A stretch of 64,000 nucleotides of DNA from Macrostomum lignano (Eukaryota), in contig NIVC01000392.1 of NCBI GenBank assembly GCA_002269645.1, positions 124,001 to 188,000 on the forward strand, written 5' to 3'. Numbering within the stretch: the first letter of the stretch is position 1; the number at the start of each line of letters is the position of its first letter. This document shows, piece after piece, positions 32,401-44,214 of this stretch. The notes under the pieces were generated by a model. It had not been told where the DNA came from, did no database searches, and saw only the letters and a program-made list of their open reading frames with translations. A program made the position numbers and the translations under genes.

Positions 32401-35400
32401 AAACGCAGACTGCTCGCTGAGAATGTCTATGGCCAAGAGACCATTGATACTGCACTCGCGGCCATAGACAACAAAGTCAAATCTGTCACTTGTGATTTGT
32501 CGAATTGTCAGCTAATAAAAAAACAGAACTCCGGAAAAAAATTAAAAAATCCTTACCAATCTTCGACAATATCGTAGTTGAACACAACGGCTTCCCACAT
32601 CTGCGACATCACGGGAGCGTCGGCCCTGAACAGTGAAGGGTAAACCACGTGACACTATACTAGTGATATAAAATGATGAAATTAATTTAAATTATTGGAC
32701 TAAATAAAAGCCAACTTACCAGCTGTGCTCGCAGTTGACGCCAACCTGGAAAGATAATAAGAAAACAAATCTATTATTTTATCAGTTTTTAATCAATTTT
32801 AAAAACACGACACTTCTAAGAAAAGCAATTATTTGAAAAGAAACAATTATAATACGAGCTCGTAGAAAATTAGGACCGCAGCGCATGCTTTGGCGATTGT
32901 CTATGGCCAAAATCGTGTATAGGGAGAGCATTGAATTTAAGACACGGCCAACCATATTCAGCCCATGCTTTGGCGATTGTCTATGGCCAAAACCGTGTAT
33001 GGGGAGAGCATTGAATTTAAGACACGGCCAACCATATTCAGCCCATGCTTTGGCGATTGTCTATGGCCAAAACCGTGTATGGGGAGAGCATTGAATTTAA
33101 GACACGGCTAACCATATTCAGCGCATGCTTTGGCGATTGTCTATGGCCAAAATCGTGTATGGGGAGAGCATTGAATTTAAGACACGGCTAACCATATTCA
33201 GCGCATGCTTTGGCGATTGTCTATGGCCAAAACCGTGTATGGGGAGAGCATGGAATTTAAGACACGGCTAACCATATTCAGCGCATGCTTTGGCGATTGT
33301 CTATGGCCAAAATCGTGTATGGGGAGAGCATTGAATTTAAGACACGGCCAACCATATTCAGCGCATGCTTTGGCGATTGTCTATGGCCAAAACCGTGTAT
33401 AGGGAGAGCATTGAATTTAAGACACGGCCAACCATATTCAGCGCATGCTTTGGCGATTGTCTATGGCCAAAATCGTGTATGGGGAGAGCATTGAATTTAA
33501 GACACGGCTAACCATATTCAGCGCATGCTTTGGCGATTGTCTATGGCCAAAATCGTGTATAGGGAGAGCATTGAATTTAAGACACGGCCAACCATATTCA
33601 GCGCATGCTTTGGCGATTGTCTATGGCCAAAATCGTGTATGGGGAGAGCATTGAATTTAAGACACGGCCAACCATATTCAGCGCATGCTTTGGCGATTGT
33701 CTATGGCCAAAATCGTGTATGGGGAGAGCATTGAATTTAAGACACGGCCAACCATATTCAGCGCATGCTTTGGCGATTGTCTATGGCCAAAACCGTGTAT
33801 GGGGAGAGCATTGAATTTAAGACACGGCTAACCATATTCAGCGCATGCTTTGGCGATTGTCTATGGCCAAAATCGTGTATGGGGAGAGCATTGAATTTAA
33901 GACACGGCTAACCATATTCAGCGCATGCTTTGGCGATTGTCTATGGCCAAAACCGTGTATGGGGAGAGCATGGAATTTAAGACACGGCTAACCATATTCA
34001 GCGCATGCTTTGGCGATTGTCTATGGCCAAAATCGTGTATGGGGAGAGCATTGAATTTAAGACACGGCCAACCATATTCAGCGCATGCTTTGGCGATTGT
34101 CTATGGCCAAAACCGTGTATAGGGAGAGCATTGAATTTAAGACACGGCCAACCATATTCAGCGCATGCTTTGGCGATTGTCTATGGCCAAAATCGTGTAT
34201 GGGGAGAGCATTGAATTTAAGACACGGCTAACCATATTCAGCGCATGCTTTGGCGATTGTCTATGGCCAAAATCGTGTATAGGGAGAGCATTGAATTTAA
34301 GACACGGCCAACCATATTCAGCGCATGCTTTGGCGATTGTCTATGGCCAAAATCGTGTATGGGGAGAGCATTGAATTTAAGACACGGCCAACCATATTCA
34401 GCGCATGCTTTGGCGATTGTCTATGGCCAAAATCGTGTATGGGAGAGCATTGAATTTAAGACACGGCCAACCATATTCAGCGCATGCTTTGGCGATTGTC
34501 TATGGCCAAAACCGTGTATAGGGAGAGCATTGAATTTAAGACACGGCCAACCATATTCAGCGCATGCTTTGGCGATTGTCTATGGCCAAAATCGTGTATG
34601 GGGAGAGCATTGAATTTAAGACACGGCCAACCATATTCAGCGCATGCTTTGGCGATTGTCTATGGCCAAAACCGTGTATAGGGAGAGCATTGAATTTAAG
34701 ACACGGCTAACCATATTCAGCGCATGCTTTGGCGATTGTCTATGGCCAAAATCGTGTATGGGAGAGCATTGAATTTAAGACACGGCCAACCATATTCAGC
34801 GCATGCTTTGGCGATTGTCTATGGCCAAAACCGTGTATAGGGAGAGCATTGAATTTAAGACACGGCCAACCATATTCAGCGCATGCTTTGGCGATTGTCT
34901 ATGGCCAAAACCGTGTATAGGGAGAGCATTGAATTTAAGACACGGCCAACCATATTCAGCGCATGCTTTGGCGATTGTCTATGGCCAAAACCGTGTATAG
35001 GGAGAGCATTGAATTTAAGACACGGCCAACCATATTCAGCGCATGCTTTGGCGATTGTCTATGGCCAAAACCGTGTATAGGGAGAGCATTGAATTTAAGA
35101 CACGGCTAACCATATTCAGCCCATGCTTTGGCGATTGTCTATGGCCAAAATCGTGTATGGGGAGAGCATTGAATTTAAGACACGGCTAACCATATTCAGC
35201 CCATGCTTTGGCGATTGTCTATGGCCAAAACCGTGTATGGGGAGAGCATTGAATTTAAGACACGGCTAACCATATTCAGCGCATGCTTTGGCGATTGTCT
35301 ATGGCCAAAACCGTGTATGGGGAGAGCATTGAATTTAAGACACGGCTAACCATATTCAGCGCATGCTTTGGCGATTGTCTATGGCCAAAACCGTGTATGG

Positions 35401-38400
35401 GGAGAGCATTGAATTAGGACACGGCTAACCATATTCAGCGCATGCTTTGGCGATTGTCTATGGCCAAAACCGTGTATGGGGAGAGCATTGAATTTAAGAC
35501 ACGGCCAACCATATTCAGCCCATGCTTTGGCGATTGTCTATGGCCAAAACCGTGTATGGGGAGAGCATTGAATTTAAGACACGGCCAACCATATTCAGCC
35601 CATGCTTTGGCGATTGTCTATGGCCAAAATCGTGTATGGGGAGAGCATTGAATTTAAGACACGGCTAACCATATTCAGCGCATGCTTTGGCGATTGTCTA
35701 TGGCCAAAACCGTGTATGGGGAGAGCATTGAATTTAAGACACGGCCAACCATATTCAGCGCATGCTTTGGCGATTGTCTATGGCCAAAACCGTGTATGGG
35801 GAGAGCATTGAATTTAAGACACGGCCAACCATATTCAGCCCATGCTTTGGCGATTGTCTATGGCCAAAATCGTGTATGGGGAGAGCATTGAATTTAAGAA
35901 ACGGCTAACCATATTCAGCGCATGCTTTGGCGATTGTCTATGGCCAAAATCGTGTATAGGGAGAGCATTGAATTAGGACACGGCCAACCATATTCAGCCA
36001 TGCTTTGGCGATTGTCTATGGCCAAAATCGTGTATGGGGAGAGCATTGAATTTAAGAAACGGCTAACCATATTCAGCGCATGCTTTGGCGATTGTCTATG
36101 GCCAAAATCGTGTATGGGGAGAGCATTGAATTTAAGAAACGGCTAACCATATTCAGCGCATGCTTTGGCGATTGTCTATGGCCAAAATCGTGTATGGGGA
36201 GAGCATTGAATTTAAGACACGGCTAACCATATTCAGCGCATGCTTTGGCGATTGTCTATGGCCAAAACCGTGTATAGGGAGAGCATTGAATTAGGACACG
36301 GCCAACCATATTCAGCCCATGCTTTGGCGATTGTCTATGGCCAAAATCGTGTATGGGGAGAGCATTGAATTTAAGAAACGGCTAACCATATTCAGCGCAT
36401 GCTTTGGCGATTGTCTATGGCCAAAATCGTGTATGGGGAGAGCATTGAATTTAAGAAACGGCTAACCATATTCAGCGCATGCTTTGGCGATTGTCTATGG
36501 CCAAAATCGTGTATAGGGAGAGCATTGAATTAGGACACGGCCAACCATATTCAGCCCATGCTTTGGCGATTGTCTATGGCCAAAATCGTGTATGGGGAGA
36601 GCATTGAATTTAAGACACGGCTAACCATATTCAGCGCATGCTTTGGCGATTGTCTATGGCCAAAATCGTGTATAGGGAGAGCATTGAATTTAAGACACGG
36701 CTAACCATATTCAGCGCATGCTTTGGCGATTGTCTATGGCCAAAACCGTGTATAGGGAGAGCATTGAATTTAAGACACGGCTAACCATATTCAGCGCATG
36801 CTTTGGCGATTGTCTATGGCCAAAACCGTGTATGGGAGAGCATTGAATTTAAGACACGGCCAACCATATTCAGCCCATGCTTTGGCGATTGTCTATGGCC
36901 AAAATCGTGTATGAGGAGAGCATTGAATTTAAGACACGGCCAACCATATTCAGCCCATGCTTTGGCGATTGTCTATGGCCAAAATTGTGTATGGGAGAGC
37001 ATTGAATTAGGACACGGCCAACCATATTCAGCCCATGCTTTGGCGATTGTCTATGGCCAAAATCGTGTATGGGGAGAGCATTGAATTTAAGACACGGCTA
37101 ACCATATTCAGCGCATGCTTTGACGATTGTATATGGCCAAAACCGTGTATGGGGAGAGCATTGAATTTAAGACACGGCTAACCATATTCAGCCCATGCTT
37201 TGACGATTGTCTATGGCCAAAACCGTGTATAGGGAGAGCATTGAATTTAAGACACGGCCAACCATATTCAGCCCATGCTTTGGCGATTGTCTATGGCCAA
37301 AATCGTGTATGGGAGAGCATTGAATTTAAGAACGGCTAACCATATTCAGCGCATGCTTTGGCGATTGTCTATGGCCAAAATCGTGTATAGGGAGAGCATT
37401 GAATTAGGACACGGCCAACCATATTCAGCCCATGTTTGGCGATTGTCTATGGCCAAAATCGTGTATGAGGAGAGCATTGAATTTAAGACACGGCCAACCA
37501 TATTCAGCCCATGCTTTGGCGATTGTCTATGGCCAAAATCGTGTATAGGGAGAGCATTGAATTAGGACACGGCCAACCATATTCAGCCCATGCTTTGGCG
37601 ATTGTCTATGGCCAAAATCGTGTATGGGGAGAGCATTGAATTTAAGACACGGCTAACCATATTCAGCCCATGCTTTGGCGATTGTCTATGGCCAAAATCG
37701 TGTATGGGGAGAGCATGGAATTTAAGACACGGCTAACCATATTCAGCCCATGCTTTGACGATTGTCTATGGCCAAAATCGTGTATGGGGAGAGCATGGAA
37801 TTTAAGACACGGCTAACCATATTCAGCCCATGCTTTGACGATTGTCTATGGCCAAAATCGTGTATGGGGGAGCATTGAAGCTAAGCATTGAATTTTGTCT
37901 TGGAAAGAATTTTTGAATTCCTAAATAAAAAGTGAAAAATTCTATATAAGTAAATATTTCAATAATTAAATACAGATTGGGATTAATGGGTGGTTTTTGT
38001 TTTAATTCTCTTAAGGGAGAAGTTTTTTATTTTATTCATTTATTTAGCTTGAGCAGTATATATTGTATCAAAGCTTTATTAGTTTATTACTGCAAATTCT
38101 CCATAGCACTAGCTAGATGGCTTACATTTTCAATGCAAGAGAAGACCATAACAGGTTGGATGTTTGGCAAGGATAGGTAAGAGACATGTCATTTGTGGGT
38201 CAAGGATAGGTCATTAACAGCTGGTCAGACGTGGGTCAAGGATAGGTAAGTAACAGCTGGTCAGACGTGGGTCAATGATAGGTCAGAAACAGCTGGTCAG
38301 ATGTGGGTCAAGGATAGGTCAGTAACAGCTGGTCAGATGTGGGTCAAGGATAGGTCAGTAACAGCTGGTCAGATGTGGGTCAAGGATAGGTCAGTAACAG

Positions 38401-41400
38401 CTGGTCAGATGTGGGTCAAGGATAGGTCAGTAACAGCTGGTCAGATGTGGGTCAAGGATAGTTCAGTAACAGGTCAGATGTGGGTCAAGGATATGTCAGT
38501 AACAGCTGGTCAGATGTGGGTCAAGGATAGGTCAGAAACAGCTGGTCAGATGTGGGTCAATGATAGGTCAGAAACAGCTGGTCAGATGTGGGTCAAGGAT
38601 AGGTCAGTAACAGCTGGTCAGATGTGGGTCAAGGATAGGTCAGTAACAGCTGGTCAGATGTGGGTCAAGGATAGGTCAGTAACAGCTGGTCAGATGTGGG
38701 TCAAGGATAGGTCAGTAACAGCTGGTCAGATGTGGGTCAAGGATAGGTCAGTAACAGCTGGTCAGATGTGGGTCAAGGATAGGTCAGTAACAGCTGGTCA
38801 GATGTGGGTCAAGGATAGGTCAGTAACAGCTGGTCAGATGTGGGTCAAGGATAGGTCAGTAACAGCTGGTCAGATGTGGGTCAAGGATAGGTCAGTAACA
38901 GCTGGTCAGATGTGGGTCAAGGATAGGTCAGTAACAGCTGGTCAGATGTGGGTCAAGGATAGGTCAGTAACAGCTGGTCAGATGTGGGTCAAGGATATGT
39001 CAGTAACAGCTGGTCAGATGTGGGTCAAGGATAGGTCAGTAACAGCTGGTCAGATGTGGGTCAATGATAGGTCAGAAACAGCTGGTCAGATGTGGGTCAA
39101 GGATAGGTCAGTAACAGCTGGTCAGATGTGGGTCAAGGATAGGTCAGTAACAGCTGGTCAGATGTGGGTCAAGGATAGGTCAGTAACAGCTGGTCAGATG
39201 TGGGTCAAGGATAGGTCAGTAACAGCTGGTCAGATGTGGGTCAAGGATAGGTCAGTAACAGCTGGTCAGATGTGGGTCAAGGATAGGTCAGTAACAGCTG
39301 GTCAGATGTGGGTCAAGGATATGTCAGTAACAGCTGGTCAGTTGTGGGTCAAGGATAGGTCAGTAACAGCTGGTCAGATGTGGGTCAAGGATAGGTCAGT
39401 AATGAACCCAACTTGGTAACTAAGCGCTTACCCGTCCATTGGCGAACACGATCAGCGAGAAGGACTTGTCGAACCAGCGGTTCCGCCCGTTGCCATGCAA
39501 CAGGCTCTTGGCGAAGTGGTCCAGCTTCGAGTCGTCCTTGGGATCGTAGTCGGCCTCTTCATCGTCCAGCACAAGGACGAACGCCGCCCGCTCCACAGCG
39601 TCCAGACTGGTCTTGTTGACGCCTCGCCTAAAGAAGTCTTTGCGGGCTCGAGCCCAGACCTTCCGCTCGCCTGCCGTTAGGGCCGCCAGCTCCGCCTCGC
39701 CTGGCGCAGGCGGCGACTTGTCGTCAACGATGCGCTGGAACTGCGCCTCCAGCTCGCACGGCTCCAGCCAGCGGTTGCCGTAGTGGAAGTACACCTTGTA
39801 GAATCGGCCAGAGTGGAACACGGCAATGTGCCGCGTGTCGTTCAGGTGCATCAGGTAGTCGCGCTCCTCGCCTTTGGGTCGATGAGAAATTAGCGTGGGT
39901 TAGTGGAGGGTTACTGGCGACAAGATCAAAGAGCCGGTAAGTTCAAGTTAAGCGGTAATATCAAATGAGGCCGCATGATCAAAGACGGCGGTAAGATAAA
40001 AGAGAACGGTAATATAAAAGGAGGTGGTAAGATCAAAGACGGCGGTAAGATAAAAGAGAACGGTAATATAAAAGGAGGTGGTAAGATCAAAGACGGCGGT
40101 AAGATAAAAGAGAACGGTAATATTAAAGGTGGTAAGATCAAAGACGGCGGTAAGATAAAAGAGAACGGTAATATTAAAGGAGGTGGTAAGATCAAAGACG
40201 GCGGTAAGATAAAAGAGAACGGTAATATTAAAGGAGGTGGTAAGATCAAAGACGGCGGTAAGATAAAAGAGAACGGTAATATTAAAGGAGGTGGTAAGAT
40301 CAAAGACGGCGGTAAGATAAAAGAGAACGGTAATATTAAAGGAGGTGGTAAGATCAAAGACGGCGGTAAGATAAAAGAGAACGGTAATATTAAAGGAGGT
40401 GGTAAGATCAAAGACGGCGGTAAGATAAAAGAGAACGGTAATATTAAAGGTAGTAAGATCAAAGACGGCGGTAAGATGAAATGAAGCAGCATCTGTCACG
40501 CCATTGCTGTTGCTTACCCACCAACCCCCTTTTGAGAGGCTGTATATACTATCTTAAATCTGCTAAATAAATTTTATCAGTTCGGGCAGAGGCTATGAAA
40601 TTCTTCTCCAAACTTGTCGGTGATTAAAACGAAAAATAATACACCCTCTGGCTTTATGCTGAAGAAAACTTTAATCCTGCATACGGATTTCGTCCATAGC
40701 GACCTTTTAACGTTCACATCAACCAGGGCGTTGTGAATAGCCACCCCACCACCCTATCCCTGTTCGAGACAAAACCCCGTAGGATGATCATGTTAACCAG
40801 GGCGCATCCACTGCTTCACTGAGGGCTTGATCTTTACCGGCTGCTCTGGGGCGGGTATTGCCTGCCATCTTCCACTAACGAGGATAAGATGCTCTTTCAG
40901 GAAAGTCTGCACCTGGGTGAGAACACCTCGGTTTTCCAAGCCGAAATCTGCGCTATTGAGCAGTGCGCCCAGCACCTGATCCCGGCGAACATTAAGAAAT
41001 TCAATATTTATGTTTAAACTGATAGCTAAGTCGCTATCAAAGCCTTAATCGCGGAAAAAATTTCCACTGCAACTGTGTCTCAATGCTCTGTGCAATCTCT
41101 CTCAGTCCTTAACAGGATTAGAATTACCTGGACAATCGGTCACAGCAATATCCTGGGCAATGAGCTCGCAAATTCTCTCGCCAAGCTGACAGCAGCAACC
41201 CATACGGCAACCACCGTCTGATGAGGCTACCCATTCCTAGGTCCCAAGTCACCCGCCAAAGAAACAAGTAGCTTCGGTAAGATTAAAGGAGGCGGTAAGA
41301 TCAAAGGAGGCGGTAAGAGCAAAGGAAGCGGTAAGATCAAAGGAGGCGGTAATATTAAAGGAGGCGGTAATATCAAAGGAGGCGGTGAAGATCAAAGGAG

Positions 41401-43247
41401 GCGGTGAAGATCAAAGGAGGCGGTAAGATCAAAGGAGTCGGTGAAGATCAAAGGAAGCGGTAAAATCAAAGGAGGCGGTGAAGATCAAAGGAAGCGGTAA
41501 GATCAAAGGAAGCGGTAAGATCAAAGGAGGCGGTAAGATTAAATGAAGCGGCAAGATTAGAGGAGGCAACTCAAAGCAAAATAACTCACCAGGAATCCTA
41601 GTGGTGGCGAACTGTCTCTCGTACTGCCAGCTGCACAGAGGCACGAGGTTCTGCACCATGAGTGGCTGCATTGTCTGCCTGCTGATGTTGCGCCAGTAGC
41701 GCAAGAAGCCCCAGGCCATGTTTGCCGCGCGGGCCACCTGCGTTGGAGGGGGAACTAGTTAACCTGCTCAACTGGGAATTCGCTAACCTACTCAACTGGG
41801 AATTCGCTAATCTACTCAACTGGGAATTCGCTAATCTACTCAACTGGGAATTCGCTAACCTACTCAACTGGGAATTCGCTAACCTACTCAACTGGGAATT
41901 TGCTAACCTGCTCAACTTGGAATTCCCTTAACTACTCAATGAGCAATTTTTACTAAAAATCATCAACAATTACAAACAACCTTGGCTCACCTGAACATTA
42001 GACGGGTTAAGGAGCACGGCATCAACCCCATAGTAGTTGGAGTTCACCATGATGGGGTCGCGACTGTACAGGTAGACGAACTCCTCCCACCAGTCGCTAA
42101 CGTAGTTATTAGTCCAGTAGTACTTCAGTTTCAAATAGAATTGCAATTTCCAAGACTCTTTGGCTAAGAAATCTCGGGCCAGAGCTCGAGTCTCGGCCAT
42201 CTCAGATTCGCTAAGCAGCGGCTCCATGCTAAGCAGGTAGCGATCCACCGTCTTCTTCACTGGCGGAACTGGCAGCGTTGGTAGGCAGCCCTGGAAATAA
42301 AGTAAAGTAAAATGATAATTTCAATACATATCGGCTGAGCAAATGTACAAGCCTACTGTAAAATCTTTGATCTCAAAAAACCAATATTTCGATACATATC
42401 GGCTACTATTCATACTAATTAGGACGACAAAATAGAAACAATAATTTCGATACATATCGGCAATTTTCATACCTTTAAAGAAGACAAAATAGAAACAGTT
42501 ATTTCAATACTTATCTGCTATTTTATTCATACTTTTAGGACGAGAAAATATAAATAAATAAACTTCCGATACAACCGATTCTTCCGATTGGTCGGCACCA
42601 ACCAAGAAGACAAAATGAAAACAATAATTTCGATACATACCGGCTATTATCATATAAATTAGATGAATATATTTATTAGGAGACAAACTATTGCATAAAC
42701 AATTATTTCGATACATATCGGCACCAACCAAACAACTCACCTGGAAGCTAAACAAACTAGCCCCAGACGACCAGAGCAAGACGCGGCAGGCGCCGTACCA
42801 CAGCTTGGTCCGCCAGGAGGTCGGGCCGCGCACCTCGTACATCCAGCCGTGATAGGCCAGCAGCTGACTCTGCACAGACTTGTACACTCTGGCAACGGCT
42901 AGCCAGGAAAAGCCGGAGAAGATCGACACGGCCAGGTAGCGATTATACGGAGCCGGCACGGTGACAAATCGACTAATTAGGCTTTCAATTTTTGCTCCGC
43001 ATCCAAACGTTGGATCCCGGCCTAGCAGTGCGGCGCTGGTGCCGCCAAACAGGGCCAGACAGAAACTCTTGGGCCCCATCGGGTAGGTGCTGTTCCATAC
43101 CCGGTTCTTCAGCCTGCCGATGCCTTTCTTGTAGCTGCGCACTATTGAGGCGAACACTTCGCGTAGCACCGTGTGATCAAAGTCCAGCTGGATGCCTTCG
43201 TCCGTGATGTTGAAAGCAAACACCACCGCTTGATGAGCTTCGGCCAT
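29440..43247 (-). CDS. CPT1: Carnitine O-palmitoyltransferase 1, paralog A, 776 aa; exons 43247-42741, 42290-41991, 41737-41590, 39871-39432, 32745-32720, 32625-32557, 31310-30926, 30184-29825, 29535-29440
   Basis: N-terminus [10 protein letters not shown], two TM segments, [20 protein letters not shown], catalytic [40 protein letters not shown] and KLSTSQTP. Nine GT-AG exons join in frame (2331 nt). Confidence 0.95.
29545..29800. repeat. 46-bp variant of the 42-bp satellite family, inverted relative to the large array, filling CPT1-A intron 8
   Basis: Unit AGATTAGCAATCCATTCTATTCC...ATATGATTGGCT is the reverse complement of the 44-54 kb array core. Confidence 0.9.
30475..30885. repeat. Degenerate intron-7 repeat (GTCAGTAGTGTAATT...CTACATTTTACT), shared with CPT1-B intron 7 (~58170-58415)
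   Basis: The same motif blocks occur in both paralogs. Confidence 0.8.
31583..31850. repeat. 21-bp tandem repeat (alternating 42-bp dimer at first) in CPT1-A intron 6
   Basis: GGCGCCGCAGGCACTCATTTT / GGCGCCTCAGGGATTCCTTTT. Confidence 0.93.
32063..32338 (-). repeat. Dispersed repeat R2, copy 2 (CPT1-A intron 6)
   Basis: Reverse complement of 15097-15379. Confidence 0.85.
32881..37878. repeat. 80-bp satellite, ~62 copies, in CPT1-A intron 4
   Basis: Unit GCGCATGCTTTGGCGATTGTCTATGGCCAAAATCGTGTATGGGGAGAGCATTGAATTTAAGACACGGCTAACCATATTCA. Confidence 0.98.
38195..39402. repeat. 36-bp minisatellite (GGTCAGATGTGGGTCAAGGATAGGTCAGTAACAGCT), ~33 copies, CPT1-A intron 4
   Basis: Read directly. Confidence 0.97.
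39975..40480. repeat. 54-bp (3x18) minisatellite in CPT1-A intron 3
   Basis: GGTAAGATCAAAGACGGC-GGTAAGATAAAAGAGAAC-GGTAATATTAAAGGAGGT. Confidence 0.95.
40806..41195 (+). mobile_element. Non-LTR retrotransposon (LINE) RNase H fragment, degenerate, antisense in CPT1-A intron 3
   Basis: CFTEG...GAG / [15 protein letters not shown] / IYV*TDS*VAIKAL / [21 protein letters not shown] match the RNase HI motifs of LINE ORF2 (YTDGS, VFQAE..AI, DSQAAL.AL, WVPGH.GI.GNE.AD.LAK). Confidence 0.85.
41272..41560. repeat. 18-bp minisatellite (GGTAAGATCAAAGGAGGC), same family as 39975-40480
   Basis: Read directly. Confidence 0.92.
41755..41935. repeat. 24-bp minisatellite (CTGGGAATTCGCTAACCTACTCAA) in CPT1-A intron 2
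   Basis: ~7 copies. Confidence 0.92.
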
Positions 43248-44214
43248 GATTCGTCATGAAGATAAACAATTTCTGTGTGTTTATAATTGATAATTAAACA
43301 ATTGCTATTGTGTTCATCATTGAATATGAAACAACTGCTATTGTTATTATCATTGAATATTAAACAATTGCTATTGTTATTATCATTGAATATTAAAGTG
43401 ATTACTGATTACAAACTCATAAACACAATCAATACACTCATTATGAGTCGATAAGCACAACCGATAAACTATAAATAAATTATGTGATAAACACAACTGA
43501 TAAACACATTATGAGGTGATAAACACAACTGATAAAGTCATTATGATGTGATAAACACAACCATTAAACTACTTATGATTTGATAAACACAATTGATACT
43601 CTAATTTAGGTCACAAACACAAATCTACTCATTGGGTCATAAGCAGATTCAGTCATAAATACATTCCTTATGCTTAATACACTAATACACCTAGTATACT
43701 TAATACACCTAATTTTAATCAGACTTAAAAATAAAATAATGAAATCAATTAGCATTATTTATGTCCAACAGAATTGTCTCCGCAAAAAAGCAAAACATGT
43801 ATGATTCGTGTTCTTTCTTAATCTAAGAATCAATGTAAAATGCTACAATTGTACAACAGAACCCTATAAACAGAGCCAATGCAGAAGACAACGGCAAAAA
43901 CAGGATAAATTAAATATTAATTAAAAATCAAAGGGTTTGTCAATAATTATTGTAAATCGCTTATAAAAAAAAGTAGTTCGCAATAAAACGCCAATAAAAT
44001 TTTAAAAAACAAGATAGAAAAAAGTTTATATGATGCGGTAATTTAGGCAACTTTAGTCATTAGAACTATAATGTTTTAGGCCCTTAAATGCAACTAGCTC
44101 GTAAAACCGATGGTGTCAATTAAGACAATAAAACGCTATATCTCACAATTTCAATAAAAGATAAAATTATGGACTGGAGTGTATTTACTAATGCCTAGCT
44201 ATTGCACAGAAACT

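Noticed and set aside
32885-40499. Repeated [21 protein letters not shown] and GGKIK ORFs
   Set aside because: These are translations of intronic 80-, 36- and 54-bp arrays in CPT1-A.
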